NCBI RefSeq assembly: GCF_003704095.1
Contig: NW_020846901.1
Location: forward strand, 186,001-250,000
Direction of reading: 5' to 3'
DNA length: 64,000 nucleotides
From: Pocillopora damicornis
Taxonomy: Eukaryota
A model generated the notes under the pieces. That model was not told the origin of the DNA and made no database searches. It was given only the letters and a program-made list of their open reading frames with translations. Made by a program: the position numbers and the translations under genes. This document shows, in pieces, positions 48,223-61,800 of this stretch. Each line of letters opens with the position of its first letter. Positions within the stretch are counted from its first letter, which is position 1.

Positions 48223-51200
48223 TTATAAATGGGCTGAACGATGCTTTTAGAAGTATAGCGAAATATTTCAATATTTCAACGAATCTTTGGGCGTGGTGTA
48301 ACGAGTGTGGTAGGTCCAGTCTTTTGAACGGAAAGGGATTGTCTAGTTTGTGTGTTATTGTTTGGCGGATGCGGTGAGACCCTTCGTCAGCGCTGTGATT
48401 GGATTTTCTGTAGCATTACAGACCTCACAACATGCACGCCCTGTGATCTGTGTTCTCAGACAAGCAAAAAAGCCTATTCAAATAGAATAATGACCAATTG
48501 ATCAAAGCTTTTGTCTGTGCGTTATCGATGCAAGATGCACGCAAGAAGATCTGAAAGCGCACACTCCTATAGCCGACTCATAACAATGGCAACTTCGCTT
48601 TGGAAAAAACTCAAAAATAGCTGCGTTCAGCCAGTTCAATGGTGTGGTTGATCTACGGACACACCTGCATTAGTATCTGTTTGTTCCCAATCGGTTTAAT
48701 TGGGGTTTTGTTCTCTGGGTGGCTTTTGAGTTTCCAAACACGTTAACCACAGCCGGATATGAAGCTAATGCGATATGTGCTCTTCTGTTGCAGGTGCTAT
48801 GGGCTGTCAAATATTTTTTAGGGGTTTGCACGGAAAAGTATGTTGGAGAAATGTACCTGTGAAATGCAGATAAGAAACTTCTGCTCTTCCATAAGCCAAA
48901 ACTGATTTAGGCATTTTCAATTAAATGAAAACTTGGCTGATGAGAAGATATACCAAAAGAGCTAAAAAGGCATTTGGTTACTGTTCGGAAATGCAGTTTT
49001 CTTGCGTCAAGTGGAACGCCATCGAAGACAGACATGCATAAAATCTTAATGCACTTGTGTAGGGCGGACTTGAGGATCACAGCGGGAACTTAATATAACT
49101 GGATAATATGCAATAGCTGAAAACTGAAGATGGAATGGCCAAACCTCTTTAATGGCTTTTTTTAAAATTTTGCTGTAAAGCGATTTAAGATACAGGTGCA
49201 AAAAATTCAAAGTTCAAAGTTAAGGCCACGCGCTTTAGAATTCCACGCGCGTATCACCACGCGCACTCTAAGCACGTGAAACAGACGATAGAAGCCGTCG
49301 TTTCACCAGAGACTAAACGCGAAAAAAGTGAAGCGAATTTTTTGCACAAACTATCGGATCTAACCAGGGTATTATTCATAAATGACAGCTGCCCATTAAA
49401 TATCTTGCATTCTCAGTATTCACCTTTTAAATTTGTTGTGTTCGTTATGTAACTGGTAAAAGTTTCATCATAGAGTAACCAACTGCGCATACGCTTAAGA
49501 ATCGCCATTTGGCGGAGGACAGAGAAGGAGATATTGAGTCAGAAGGTGCAGATCCACTTTATTTGGGAAAGAGAAAGCCTAAATGAAACTTTTCATTTAC
49601 GAAGTTCTGCTTCTCCAGTATCATGTAAGCTTTAATGAATGTAACAAAATCTGATCTAAGCATGTATTCATTCTTAAAAACCAAGTGTTGTAAGAGATAT
49701 CATGTATGCCAGATGACTAATCGTGTATGTCAGGGAAATTGGCATAGTTAACAATGTCAGGAAAATGTCTTTAGTACGTACTTATGATATCGACTGCGTC
49801 ACTGGTAGTTAAGTAGGTTTGCATTTATCTAGGTTGGGAGTTTATCAGTTCGATATACATATCCTTGATCCTAGATAGCGATAACCTTGCATATCTACCT
49901 AACTAGAAAGCAAAATACACTGTTATCACATGCAATATCTCGTGGTGATATCATGAAATAATTATCATATCAATGATATCAGCACGCGTGATACCAATAG
50001 ACTTGTAAGAGTTTCCTTATTGCTCCAGGAGTAAAATATTACATCTTATTTTCATTGTTATTTTGCGATACAGTGCTTAGAGATCAAGAGAAGCACTGGT
50101 TAGGATGTTTAAAGAAACATAAAATGGTGTTGGAATGAATCAAAATACTTTGGGCTTAGTCATTTAACCCGATATGCTTGGAATTTAAGCCTCGTTTATG
50201 CATTGTTTTAAGACCTTTTGACTTCATCATCACGTTTTGTTTGTAAAAATATTATCCTTTTAAACCAAAGTTGAAACGGGTCGGTTTATTTGTTTTAGTC
50301 GCAAGAGATACTTCAACGGAAAATTGAAATTTTTATCAGGCAAATCGAATTCGCCTCGTGTATACTTGAAGCAAATTAATAATAATAGTTCAGTAATTAT
50401 CGAAATGACTAAAAGAATTCGGTTTTATTCGATTTACTGCAAAACCCATATCATCTGTGATAATCATTAATCTTCCAAGGGGTCAACACGATGCCTTTGT
50501 AAAACAAGCCTGCTAAAACTGTTTTAGCTAAGATTTAATGAAAACAAAACTATATTAGTGAATACCGAAGTGTTCTGTTCTAGCATCCCCACGTTTGCTT
50601 GTTTTCTTTGATGGCGCCAACAGCTAAAAAAACAAGTCAAAATGCGTTTCTAAATCTGCACATGTTTCCTAAAGTTTTTCTTTCAGTAATTTGCGAGAAA
50701 ACAGCTAGGTTTGAATTCTGTCGTCAAAACAAGCCGACAAAAATGATAACAAAACAATATGTTTTTTCGTCAAATTGGAAACAGAATACAAACGTAAACC
50801 ATTGAACAGCTCCTGGGAAATGTATTTACTTAAACACACCGGCAGCGAGTTGCACGCCGCATGCAAAGCTCGACTGACATTATTTTTGACATATTTTCTT
50901 TGTTTCAGGCGAGTGAAAGGTGCTTTCACAACAGAAAGCCAATTTTAGAATTTGACAGTTAATGTTGCGGTTAAGGAAAACATCCACAATTGTATTGAGA
51001 TGGACAAAAGAAATGGATTCGTTTCAATTCACGCCCAAGTCAAACTCGAATTCTAGACCACCGTGTAAAAATTCCACTTAAACTTTTACAGGAGTCACGC
51101 GCAAGGGCTTTTTTAGGAACTTGGAGATTTAACATTTCTCGAGAATTTGCTGTTAGCCAAGCAGTCTGGCTACGTCTGATTAAAAACGACTAATCACTAA

Positions 51201-54200
51201 CTCTTTACTTTTTTGATTAAATTCAAGTAGCAAGGTCCTTAAGTAGCCAAGGGAAACCCAAGTCTAAGCGGATCTCTCGGGTCGAAGGTGAAACGGTCTT
51301 GATAAGAAATTAGATTCTCCCAAGTAAGTTTATAGATTTTAAGAAAAGAAGAGGAAAGAGAATTTGCATTTTTTATCACTAGAAAGTGTTCAATTTATTC
51401 ACTCGATGGTAAATTGGTATGGATTAAACAGCACGATAGCAAGACACGTGGCGACAAGTTTCAGAAGTTAAAAATATATCCTGCTTTAACTGCGTGTAAA
51501 CCTCGCATTTAAACGTTACAACAAAGATAAAAAAGATCAAGTCACTTTTCATGTTATTCGTAAGAGTGATGCCGAGCTGAAGAGTTTTAAGCGTAATTAG
51601 AGTATACTTTCAGTGCCATACGCCAGTAACCATTTTCTTATCGCGAAGTTATAGATTGAAACCGCTCAATGGACATTCTTTCAAAACCCGTTGAATTTTT
51701 AATTAAAAAATTCTTGTATAGTTCTGTCAAGGCTAACCTCCCTGTAAACATTCCCTCACTAAAAAACAGGGTTATTTTTGTCGATGATTCTAGCCTCAAA
51801 AAATTTCCTCCAGATGTCCCTGTGACGTGAATGTGTACGCGGACAAAACCACAATTGAGTGTTGGTGGTTGAAACAATCTTAATATACTCTCCCACTTGT
51901 AAGTACTCCATAAAATCTTGCCACTTTCTGAATCCCGTTGCTGTTAAGTTGTTATATTCCGGTGAAAAACTATTGCAATTTAGCAGGGAAATAATGTAGT
52001 TTTAACCACATTTATCTCATGATTAAAGAGATTTAGATCCCAACATAACTCACACCACCGCCAGTGAACAGCGAGAGTTTATTTTTTTGATGTACGGAAT
52101 TCAGCTCATTGAAGAATAATGTGAAAACATTTGTAATCGCTGTGAAGAAGAAATCTTTGGGAGGTGGAATGACTGAAGCTAAACGTAATCATTGTTCCAG
52201 AAAAATTTGCAGTTTGCGTTTGTCGTTAAGAGGTCATTTTGTCTCTCATCTCCAATTTAAATCTGTTGTAGTTAGTCATATAATTTTGACCAATTGATAC
52301 CGAAAAAAGTATTTTTTGTTTACAACCTGGAAGGCAAGCTTTATTTGAGAAGTTCAATCTTCTAAAGGTATCAGTCAGCGAAATAACCACTATGAGTTCG
52401 TCTTCGATCAAAAATCACGATCTACGCAAAATGCAGCTAGAGAATTGTTTCCATCGGAATTTTAAGCGGGACTAGAGCCTGAACTCTTTAATGACTATTT
52501 GTATGTCATAGAAATCGTCTGCAAGAGTACAGCTGGAATTAAATGTAAATTAAATGTCATGATTTTGCACGATAAGGAAGCAGTAGTGGTCGTCTAAAGC
52601 GGCATTAACCTATCTTAGATTGCTTTGCGTCAGTTTGTAATGATGTCTTACGGAACATGCTAAATATGTAGTAAGGGAACTTAGCTGATGTAAAGTGTAT
52701 TTTCTTTGCCTCTTTTTGCTAAACGCGGGGTCAATTAAACGCCAACACTCGAAGATGTTAAAACTGTAGGAACCTTTCGGCCTTCATTTGCCGCTTTAGT
52801 GGTTTTATTCAATTCCGTTGTTTTTTCAGACGCTGTAAACGGATTTACAGTTCCCAAATCCGAGTTCTTACCTTGTCTTATCATCAAATATCTACAGTAC
52901 ACGTGAAAATAATGATCACAAGTCAGTGGTGTTTAATCCGCGAGATTTTTCCAAGTTATTGCCGGCGAATTTTCGCGTTCATGGATAGGAGAATTGCGTC
53001 AATCATTCAGTGGAGGGGTAAATTATAGAAAGCAAATGTTGTCATGGTTTATGGGCGTGGAACAGAAAAATGCCGCTTAATACGTAAATACACAATTGTA
53101 TCAAACGCAACTAAGGGAACCACCGCGCGGTATACCACTAGTAAGAAGATTAAAAAGCAATGTAAAAAGTTATCGAGGTTTTAAAAAAGATTAAAGTTGA
53201 GAACATTATCAACAAAAGGAGAGTAGACTTTGAGGCATCGATTTTCTCTAAACCCCACAAAGAATTTGCTTAACTCTTGGGAAACAATCGCCTTTTCCGC
53301 CGAAAACTGTTTCCAGAAATTGCTTCAGTCAACAACCATTTTTCGGACACCAATTGAAAAGTTTTTAATCTCTTGTAAAAATAGGTGTTTTCTGTCCGGC
53401 CAGGGGAAATCTTGAATGCTTATCTTTCACAAACATCTGAGAATTAGAAACGGGGATATGATTCGCACAGCGGGATTGCACTCACTAGCGGATTTACAAA
53501 CTGGATTAAACGACCTTTTAAAATGTTTCTTGATCTAATACCCAAAGAAAACAAAGGCTTGCCAGCAATATAAGGCTTTCCGATTTTAAAAAAAGAGCAA
53601 CGACCTTTTCCTCTTGAAAAAATTTCGCTTGCAGTAGCGCGGGGAGAAACCCATTTCTAGCTTCCTGTGTATGGTTTCGTCTTTTGCTACACCCTTCCGT
53701 CGATATAAACAACTTTGACAAGGCAAACTATAGAACTGATCTAAATATAGATACGGAACAGCAAGACATTGCTCTTTCTGTCTTTCAAGGGAGCTTTATT
53801 AGATTCGTAATGATCCATTTAAAACTGAGCTTTTGCTCTCGTTTATTCAACGATTATTTCTATTCAAAAACTAGCGGAAAATAGCTCGTGTAACTCGATT
53901 AGTATTCACCTATATTATTTCAAGCTATTACAACTAAGAGGGAGGGAGGTACAACCAACGTCATAAAAATTCCTGAGGTTAATTGTTTCGTTTTGTATAA
54001 TGTAAGATTGTGGTGTGTTAACGAAAACTTGTACAAACTGTGATGTCCAGGACATCCTTCCTGCTTCTAAATTAAATTTGTTTTCTTGTACAACCGAGTT
54101 TTTAATCCTCTAGTAATTAATATAAATAACATTGACAGCATTTCAGATCAAGAACTTGAAGCTGAAAAACTCAGTCGATAATCATTGAAAATAAAATTGA

Positions 54201-54887
54201 ACTGAATTTTGACCGATGAAGCTCATTATGGGTACCTTGACTCGGCACATGGCAAAATCGTCAGAAAAGCATCGATCATCACGCGCCAAGAAACTTCTGC
54301 ACAATGGAGAACAATACGAAGTACTAACGCCGCAAACATGTTGTTTGCTCTTGACGGCTAACAGAATAGATTTAATTTAAATGATTATTTAACAAATCAA
54401 TAGCTTCGCGCCTATTGAATGCCAGTTTGGTGAAAACATTAGGATAAAAAGCAAAATTCACTGTGTAATTATCTTTGCTAATTGTTTCAATACAAAAAAC
54501 ATTTTGTATGTATCATTCAGTGATGAGAAAAATGCCTGCAAAAAACTAGTTAATTATTTTAACACCTAAGGTAATCGTTTTTCTTCTTTGATTCATCACG
54601 GTTGCTTTTTGTGCTCTCCAAATATCCCATCTCTAAAACGAGACTTAAGACAAATTATATAAATGATTTGGGAACTGAATACAGCTGAATATCTTCTGAG
54701 TGACTATCAAATATTGATAATGTTTAATAGAAGCAATTTGTTCGCAATATCGCCTCATTTTAAAGTACCTGAGTTCCTCAATCTCCATTGGTTTTGCTGT
54801 TCGTAGGGAACTAGAGGCTTGCAAGGGCAGTTTGAGCCGCATCAATTCGGTCCTTCTCTTAAAATACTAGTAGGCTAATTCTACCTC

Positions 54888-55853
54888 TCACTCAGTCGTT
54901 TCTAGAGGTTTTTGCTCGATCAGTTCGCTTATCATAAAACTGCCGCTTCGTCGAGATTTGGAGGTTTGTTGGACGGGCTGAAACGCACCGGCGTGAAGGC
55001 GCCGAACACCGTCTAACGAGGCATAGCGCGCGGTCGGGCGATGGATGTTTTGTATTGGAGAAAGCTGCGAATGTACAGACGGTGTTGCGCAAGATTCTCC
55101 AGGGCTGATCCTGTGAGGTATTGCGTTAAGGTCACAGTAGGTTGGAAAGTGCAAACTTCGAAGTTGCTGGCTGAACTCGTCCACGAACAAGTTAAAATGA
55201 TGATTGGAATTAACCTTGCGCACAAATGCCGGCTCGTTGGGTTTCTGTGGAGGACGACACTTAAACCTCTTAGCTCGGCGCAGGAAACTCCCGCTTCCAA
55301 ACATATCCCCTGAGCCTGGATGTAAGGTCCAATAATTCCCTTTACCTGGCTTACCAAAATAACTCCGGGGAACTTTAATGAAACAGTCGTTTAAAGACAA
55401 ATTGTGTCTAATGGAGTTCTGCCACTTCTGCTGATTGCTCCGAAAATATGGAAACTGCATCATGATGAATTCGTAGATTTCATTCAGGGTTCTCATGCGG
55501 TACGGAGAGCTGTCAATAGCCATTGCGATCAGCGCGATGTATGAAAATGGCGGCTTTACTTCTTCAGAGAGATAAGGCTTGCTTCGCGACTGCATGTTGG
55601 ATTTACCCGTGATGTGGTTTCGTTTCGGTTCGGGACTCTTTATATCGACTGAGAAGAGCGAGGATTGGATGGCAACCTGATGAAAATTTCCTGAACGGTA
55701 CATCAATGATGTATCGGTAGTTATTTCCTTGTGTCCGTTCATCGGAACGGTCATCGTGTCAGCACTCGAGAGGTTTCCTGTCTCCATTCCTGTGCACTCT
55801 TCAACGATATCCTTCGCGGATAAATCGCCTTTTCTCAGCTGTTCCATAGCCAT
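54888..55853 (-). CDS. FoxAB: Intronless forkhead-box transcription factor, FoxAB-like, 321 aa
   Basis: Complete forkhead domain [14 protein letters not shown]...[20 protein letters not shown]...[30 protein letters not shown] with mixed FoxA and FoxB features; C-terminal eh1-like FMISELI. The Fox call is certain; the subclass is less so. Confidence 0.85.
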   Translation of the reverse strand: MAMEQLRKGDLSAKDIVEECTGMETGNLSSADTMTVPMNGHKEITTDTSLMYRSGNFHQVAIQSSLFSVDIKSPEPKRNHITGKSNMQSRSKPYLSEEVKPPFSYIALIAMAIDSSPYRMRTLNEIYEFIMMQFPYFRSNQQKWQNSIRHNLSLNDCFIKVPRSYFGKPGKGNYWTLHPGSGDMFGSGSFLRRAKRFKCRPPQKPNEPAFVRKVNSNHHFNLFVDEFSQQLRSLHFPTYCDLNAIPHRISPGESCATPSVHSQLSPIQNIHRPTARYASLDGVRRLHAGAFQPVQQTSKSRRSGSFMISELIEQKPLETTE

Positions 55854-58800
55854 GCAAACTCAATTTAACACCTAGCTCTTGTCTAGCGTCAATTTCAGGG
55901 CTATAATCTGCTTCCTTTGGGAGAGCCACTCAATCACTTGTTTCCCGCACGGACGGAGATCGCTCTATTTCACAGCAGTCAACACACTGCGAAGTCACCA
56001 CTGGAGATGAATCTCACACTTCTTCAGCGTAAAAGCTCCTAAACTCCTTTATTTTAAGTCTGACAGTTTTCTAGACCACCCAAGTTCGGTTTGTAGTCGG
56101 TGTTTTTACAGCAAACCTTCTTATGATGCAGAAATCTTGTGCACCGTCTTTTCCCAGACCAGAAAGTCCTCAGATTCACGTTATGTGGTTGCGAGGGGTA
56201 TGCAATTAGTTGTCAACTCGGCACATTTATATCTCTCCACTCATCGTTTTAGAGGCGGTCGGTTGCCTTTGATAAATGCGGCGCGCACGAGGAATGCTTC
56301 GGCCATCTGGCGTAAATTAAAACTATCTGTCAACTGAACGTAAATTCCGTCCTGTGCGCATTCCTTAGAAAAACAAAAGAGTTCTCAAGTTGTTTAGGGT
56401 TGTTTTTCGCTTTGTTATTTTAACTAATTTTATAACAGGCGCGATCAAAGTTTTCAGTTACAGTTTACGTGGTCGGTAAACGCGATTGATTTCACGGGCA
56501 ACTGCGTAAGGCTCGTATTTTGCGCGTAAATCCGCGTATTTATTTCTATTTTAAACCGCAGAAAGACGCATTTCAGGAAATGCGCGTAGCCTTTAACAAA
56601 GTAAACAACTGATTAGATCGAAAAACAAATTAGCAATTAAGCGGGCGATTAAAGTTCACCTAGACGCGATAACAGATCGGCCATCGCAGGTCCGAGTTTA
56701 AATGGATTAAATGTGACTCTTTGTAGCTTTGTAGATTTTTTTCATGAGGAGCAATTCTCAGCCCTATTGTTGCGAAAAGTATGTTTTGATTCGTAGTCGG
56801 GTTTAAGTCAACAAAGGTCGGTTAGAGCCTCGAGTGTTGTTTATAATTGTTTTCACGAAGCTTGTTTATTTGAATTAATGAGGGTAACATGAGTCGTTTA
56901 TGGATAAAAAGTGACCAAGGTTGACGCGTGCGCCGGCAGCCGCCAGAGGAAATGGGCGAATACCATCACAAAAGAGGTGTGGATCTGAAAAACGCATTTG
57001 CTTAAAATAAATGGGCTATTTCCATACCGGTGTCATTGCATAGTTTTCTGCTGTTTTACGGCAGTTTTATGTTTGTAGAGGGCTTTTATTGTTTATTGGT
57101 TGTATCCCGTCGTGTGAACAAGTCTTAGGTCTGCGGAATGCGCTGTATAAATAATTTGCAATTTGGTTTTGCAATAAAGATCTTCTAGCCTATTCTCAAA
57201 ACATCAAATGAAATTGACAACTAGACAGTCGCACCTAAACAAGGATCTTCGCCATCTTTTACTATCAAAGCTGAACGATCTTAATCGTTCCCTAATGGAG
57301 CGGTGAAGATTGATAGTCTAGAAACGTACTTTAGAGATCCAATGTGCTATTTCAGACCAGCATCGCATAATTTCTTTTGAAGTTGAGTTAAATAAATAAT
57401 CTCCTAGTGAGCCATTAACTCGAGCTATTGACGCACGCCAGAAAAATGATTTCTCCACGCGCGTGTCTTTCTTTCGTTACGATGAATTCTTTCACTTCCT
57501 GCCAACCGAATTCCAGTTTACTTTCTTCCTGAAAATGGACGCCTCTTTTGTTTCGAGCAGTTTCCGGTGATTGCAATGTTTTCCTGAAATTGTTTTTACT
57601 TGTAATTGAGCCTCGTCTCTTTCAGGGACTCTTAAACTGATCTCGATCTTTGCTTCGAAAACGCCTGGGCCATCCACGCTTTATATTCGTCTCGTGGAAT
57701 TTTCGCGCGCGACGTTCTCGAAATGACACAGCTGGCCATAAGAGTAAGTCGATTTAGCGGTATTTATAGGCATCTTTGTCAGCAAACGAGCGGTACAATA
57801 CATTTCCTTTATTCTCCGCAATATCCTAGCTGTGGTAAATAGCTTTGTAATGGTGTAATCTGCACTAGAGCTAAGGATCTGTTGGATGTTTGTACTTGTC
57901 CCCAACACCATTTAACGATCGGTGGGTAAAGTCAAACTACTTTGATGAAAGGAAACCACTCAATAGTTGTAGTGTCCCAAAATTTGCCCTTTAATGAAAC
58001 TTAGGAAATTCCGATATCAAAGAACGTTAGCGTAATTACAGATCATACGTTGCCGCATGAATCATCCGATTGCGCTTTTCAAAGCGTAATTCAAAAGCTA
58101 ATACAGTAATGTTGAAGTTTGCTTTAGATCGAAGTGGTCGATGTGAATGTTCTATGTCGATCGAGGATAAACCCGTAATTTTTTCACACTTTTATGCCTC
58201 ATTTACCTGTTTTCTACCGAATTAAATTGAATTTATCACTTTGTTCAGACCAACATTGCAACTTCTACTCTATGTCCATGTAAAGCACTTAAACCCGGCT
58301 TGAATCACGGAGAAGGGGTCGCAACGGAACATTTCAAATTTGTAAGATCTTTAAGCGTGTGATGTCTTGCTGTCTATTCGACTTCATTAATCAGCTTTAT
58401 CATTACTTTGGTCACTCTGGAGTCACAAAGTCTCGATATGCCGCGTTTTTAAAAGACTTAAGGAATTTTTGCTGGGTGTCCAATTCAAAAATTCCAATTT
58501 AATCGAAGGAAAGTAGGAAATAATATCGCTATAAGCTTGCCATAAATGATAAATAAAAACAGTCAAATCCTTAGATTTAAATATGATATAAACATCGGGT
58601 AGCTGTGAACGAAAACTAAATTTTAAGGCTATTTTGATATGGTGTTATAAAAAAGGAGCGTTCGTAATAAATCATTGGCGTAGCATAAAAATTGCCACAC
58701 ATATATATGTTGGGACAGGCATCGTTTTAGTTGATCTCTAGAGCTTTGTGTCTAACACGATCTAAGGCTCTCTAAGTTCTCTTGTTCCGGAGGTCAAAAT

Positions 58801-61800
58801 CTGTGTTAATTCAATAGCTGCATACCAATTTTACAGTTTGAGTCAGTTCAAGTTATGCTTTCCACAAAATTTCACAAAAATGTGTTGCTAGAAGCAGAAG
58901 CATTTAGGTGTCTTAGCTAAACCAAGTGAATGACACATATCATGCTTTAAAACTCTTGATACCTTGAGTGAAAAGCAAACTATAAAATAAAAGATTTAAA
59001 AGAAATGCTGAAAGAAAATATAAGGAGAAATAATACCTTATTCAACAACATCAGAAATCGAAATCCAGTATGGAGAACGTGCAAAAATATAACAGTAATT
59101 CACCATAAAAAAATTTAGCAGCAGCAACAACAAACACAAACTCAGTGGGCTATTTTATCTCCCTTTATTTCAGCATAAAATTACACTCCATTCGACTGAA
59201 TTAAATCTTTAATTTTTTGCTTAAAAGTTTGCTATTCCCTTTCGCTCATACATAAATCTGAACTCAAACTGTGATTACACACGTAACAATATTTTAAGCT
59301 TCAGTCAGGCTCCCGCCAACAAAAGTTAGCTGTGAAGCGTTTTGAGCAAGTACTATTAATAACAGAAAGCAAAATACAATGAGAAATGAATTATGTCTAA
59401 GTCAATTATTTCCTAAACACAGCTAACTTTGTTAAGATGTTTGTTTCAACAAGTGATTTAGTCGAGAAATTTCATTAAGGACAATACAAAATAATAATAG
59501 GCGAGTTATCTAATCGTTGAAAGCTGCGAGTAAGTCAGTTAACAGGTTTGTTTGAACAAGTGATATAATTGAAGAATATCATTATGGGAAAAGCTTACAG
59601 AAACAAATCATAGCTTAGCCAATCAGTTCTGGAAAACGTTCTCCATTCAGCTAATTTTAACAATCTTTAGCGTTCGTGGAGGAACGCTCAAAGCGCGGGT
59701 CATTTTGCCTGAAACAATCCAAGGTAATGGGCTACGATCAGTTGATCAACTGAAGTGTGTGTTACAATACCATTGAAATATGACTTTTGAGCTATTTCGG
59801 TGCTTTACCTGAGATGAATCACTGTCGAGTTCTTGTCTCCTAGTTGGACTCAATTCGATTAGGACTTCATACTGTGTACTCATTAATTCATTTATTGCTA
59901 AAGATTCATTAGCTTCTCCAACCTTAATTAAGGCATCCAAGGGCACAAGGTAACCTTGGAAGAGGGTGCAAAAAGCCTGTAAATCAACTGAAGCCAAGGA
60001 AATTGACCACAACAATAGATTTACCCCAATCTTTAAAAAGGTTTTGGTTTTCGAGATACCCCCTCAAAGAATTGTCAGTATACATCTATCTTTCGGAAAG
60101 CATTGTCAGGCGTATAGCTTTGCAATGCTTGTAGTAAAATCACCGTTTTGAGTTCATTTTGAATTTGTCAGAGGATTGAAATGTGCCTTTAGAGAATTTA
60201 TTTTTTTTTGCACTTCTCCTGTAATCAAGATTCCCTTACTCATACGGGCGAAAAACATACTACTTGTTCAAACGAGAACATGGATAGTCGAAGCTATCGA
60301 TTACTGACGCCTCACTAGTTCTCTCATGACTAAAGCTTTTAATAACAGTATGAACAACATTTAGATCAGATAGCAATTGCTTCAGCTGATAACCCAACGC
60401 ACTCTGCCAGTGAAGCTTTAGACGTAAGTCGGTTCAGTTGCAGTGAACAAATTTTTTCATTCATCTTCAGTATACTTCTGTGCAAAGTATTCTTAACATG
60501 TATCAAAATCATAACAAATGAATTCTTGTAATTTTTTATCTATTGTGTTTGACAAACCTGTTGTATGATTTACAGTTTATTCAATTTAAATACTTCTACT
60601 CCGTAGAATCTCTTCTGTCTATCCAAAGGCTTGGGTCCGTTAAGATACGATGCAAGTTGCCAACCTCATGAGAAAACGAGGAAAAGAAGATGAGTTATTT
60701 GTAGTCATACTGTTTATGCAGCTGGTTTACAAATGTCTTGGTCATTTGTTACCCAAAATTGAACCCTCCCTTTTTTTTATAATCAACATAATCAGTAATG
60801 CCAATTTGTTCGTAAAGATCAACCCACGAGAGTGTATCACTGAATGGTCTACAGCTTGCCCCAGATAACTGTTGCTGGCGTGCGGCCATTAGGACTGATG
60901 TGTGTGCAAAGTGTTCTGTATTCAACCCCGTTTTTGTGTTTCTGAGCTTCCAGCAACTCGTTGCGGCAAAAATAAAGTATCATTACATTGTTTAAGCAGA
61001 AGTAAGGTTAAATTTCTATTTTCTTTACTCTGAACAAAACTGAATTTGATAACAACAAAGTAGTTGTCTGGAATCTTCTTTGGATTTCGTGGTTTCCACA
61101 ATCGACGGGGGAACTTTCGAGGAAAGTTTTAATGATTCAGGGAGAAATGAAAGGAAAACTTTGAACGGTTCGCCGAAACTATTTCGATCCCCAATAAAAT
61201 TATGTGTTTCTCTCACGCGAGGATCCCATAAAGGTAAAATTCAACTCTTGCGCTAGCAGTCCAAAGTCAAAATGTTTTAAGAGATTACGTTTCCGCTTTT
61301 AGTGTTTTGTTTTCGTTCATAATTTCATTAATTGACAGTAAGCATAGATAAAATTCTTCAAGGTAGGATATTCCCTAGGAGATAGGCACAGTAAGAATTG
61401 TTCAGCGACTGGCATCTTGTGTTTCATTCCTTATTGACGATTAGCGAGAGCTTTCTTCAACAATGAGCTAGGGCTTAACAGACAATTCTATAGTGCTCAA
61501 ATTAATTGGAAAGTAACTGTTTACTCCGCACATGTTATAGCATGAGGGATGCTTTCTATCGAAAGTTCAGCTTTTAGCTTGAAACTAGAAGAGAAGGTTA
61601 GAAAAATTCTCTCTTTTGGGTGACGATACATTTGGGAGAAAGGACAATTTCTCGGTACGTGACCATGTGGTTAAGCAAAAATTTGTTGATATATCCCAGG
61701 AGGTCAAACGTAGAAACCCATGTGTAATGTTCCTTAATTAATCGATTCAAAATCTTACCTTCTTTTCTTGCAAGCATTATATTGGACGCTTCCGAGATAT

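Noticed and set aside
48378-48395. CTGACGAAGGG hammerhead half-core on the minus strand
   Set aside because: No following GAAA box or closing stems
42100-54800. Many short 60-90 aa ORFs
   Set aside because: No recognisable domains or consistent exon chain; expected by chance in non-coding DNA
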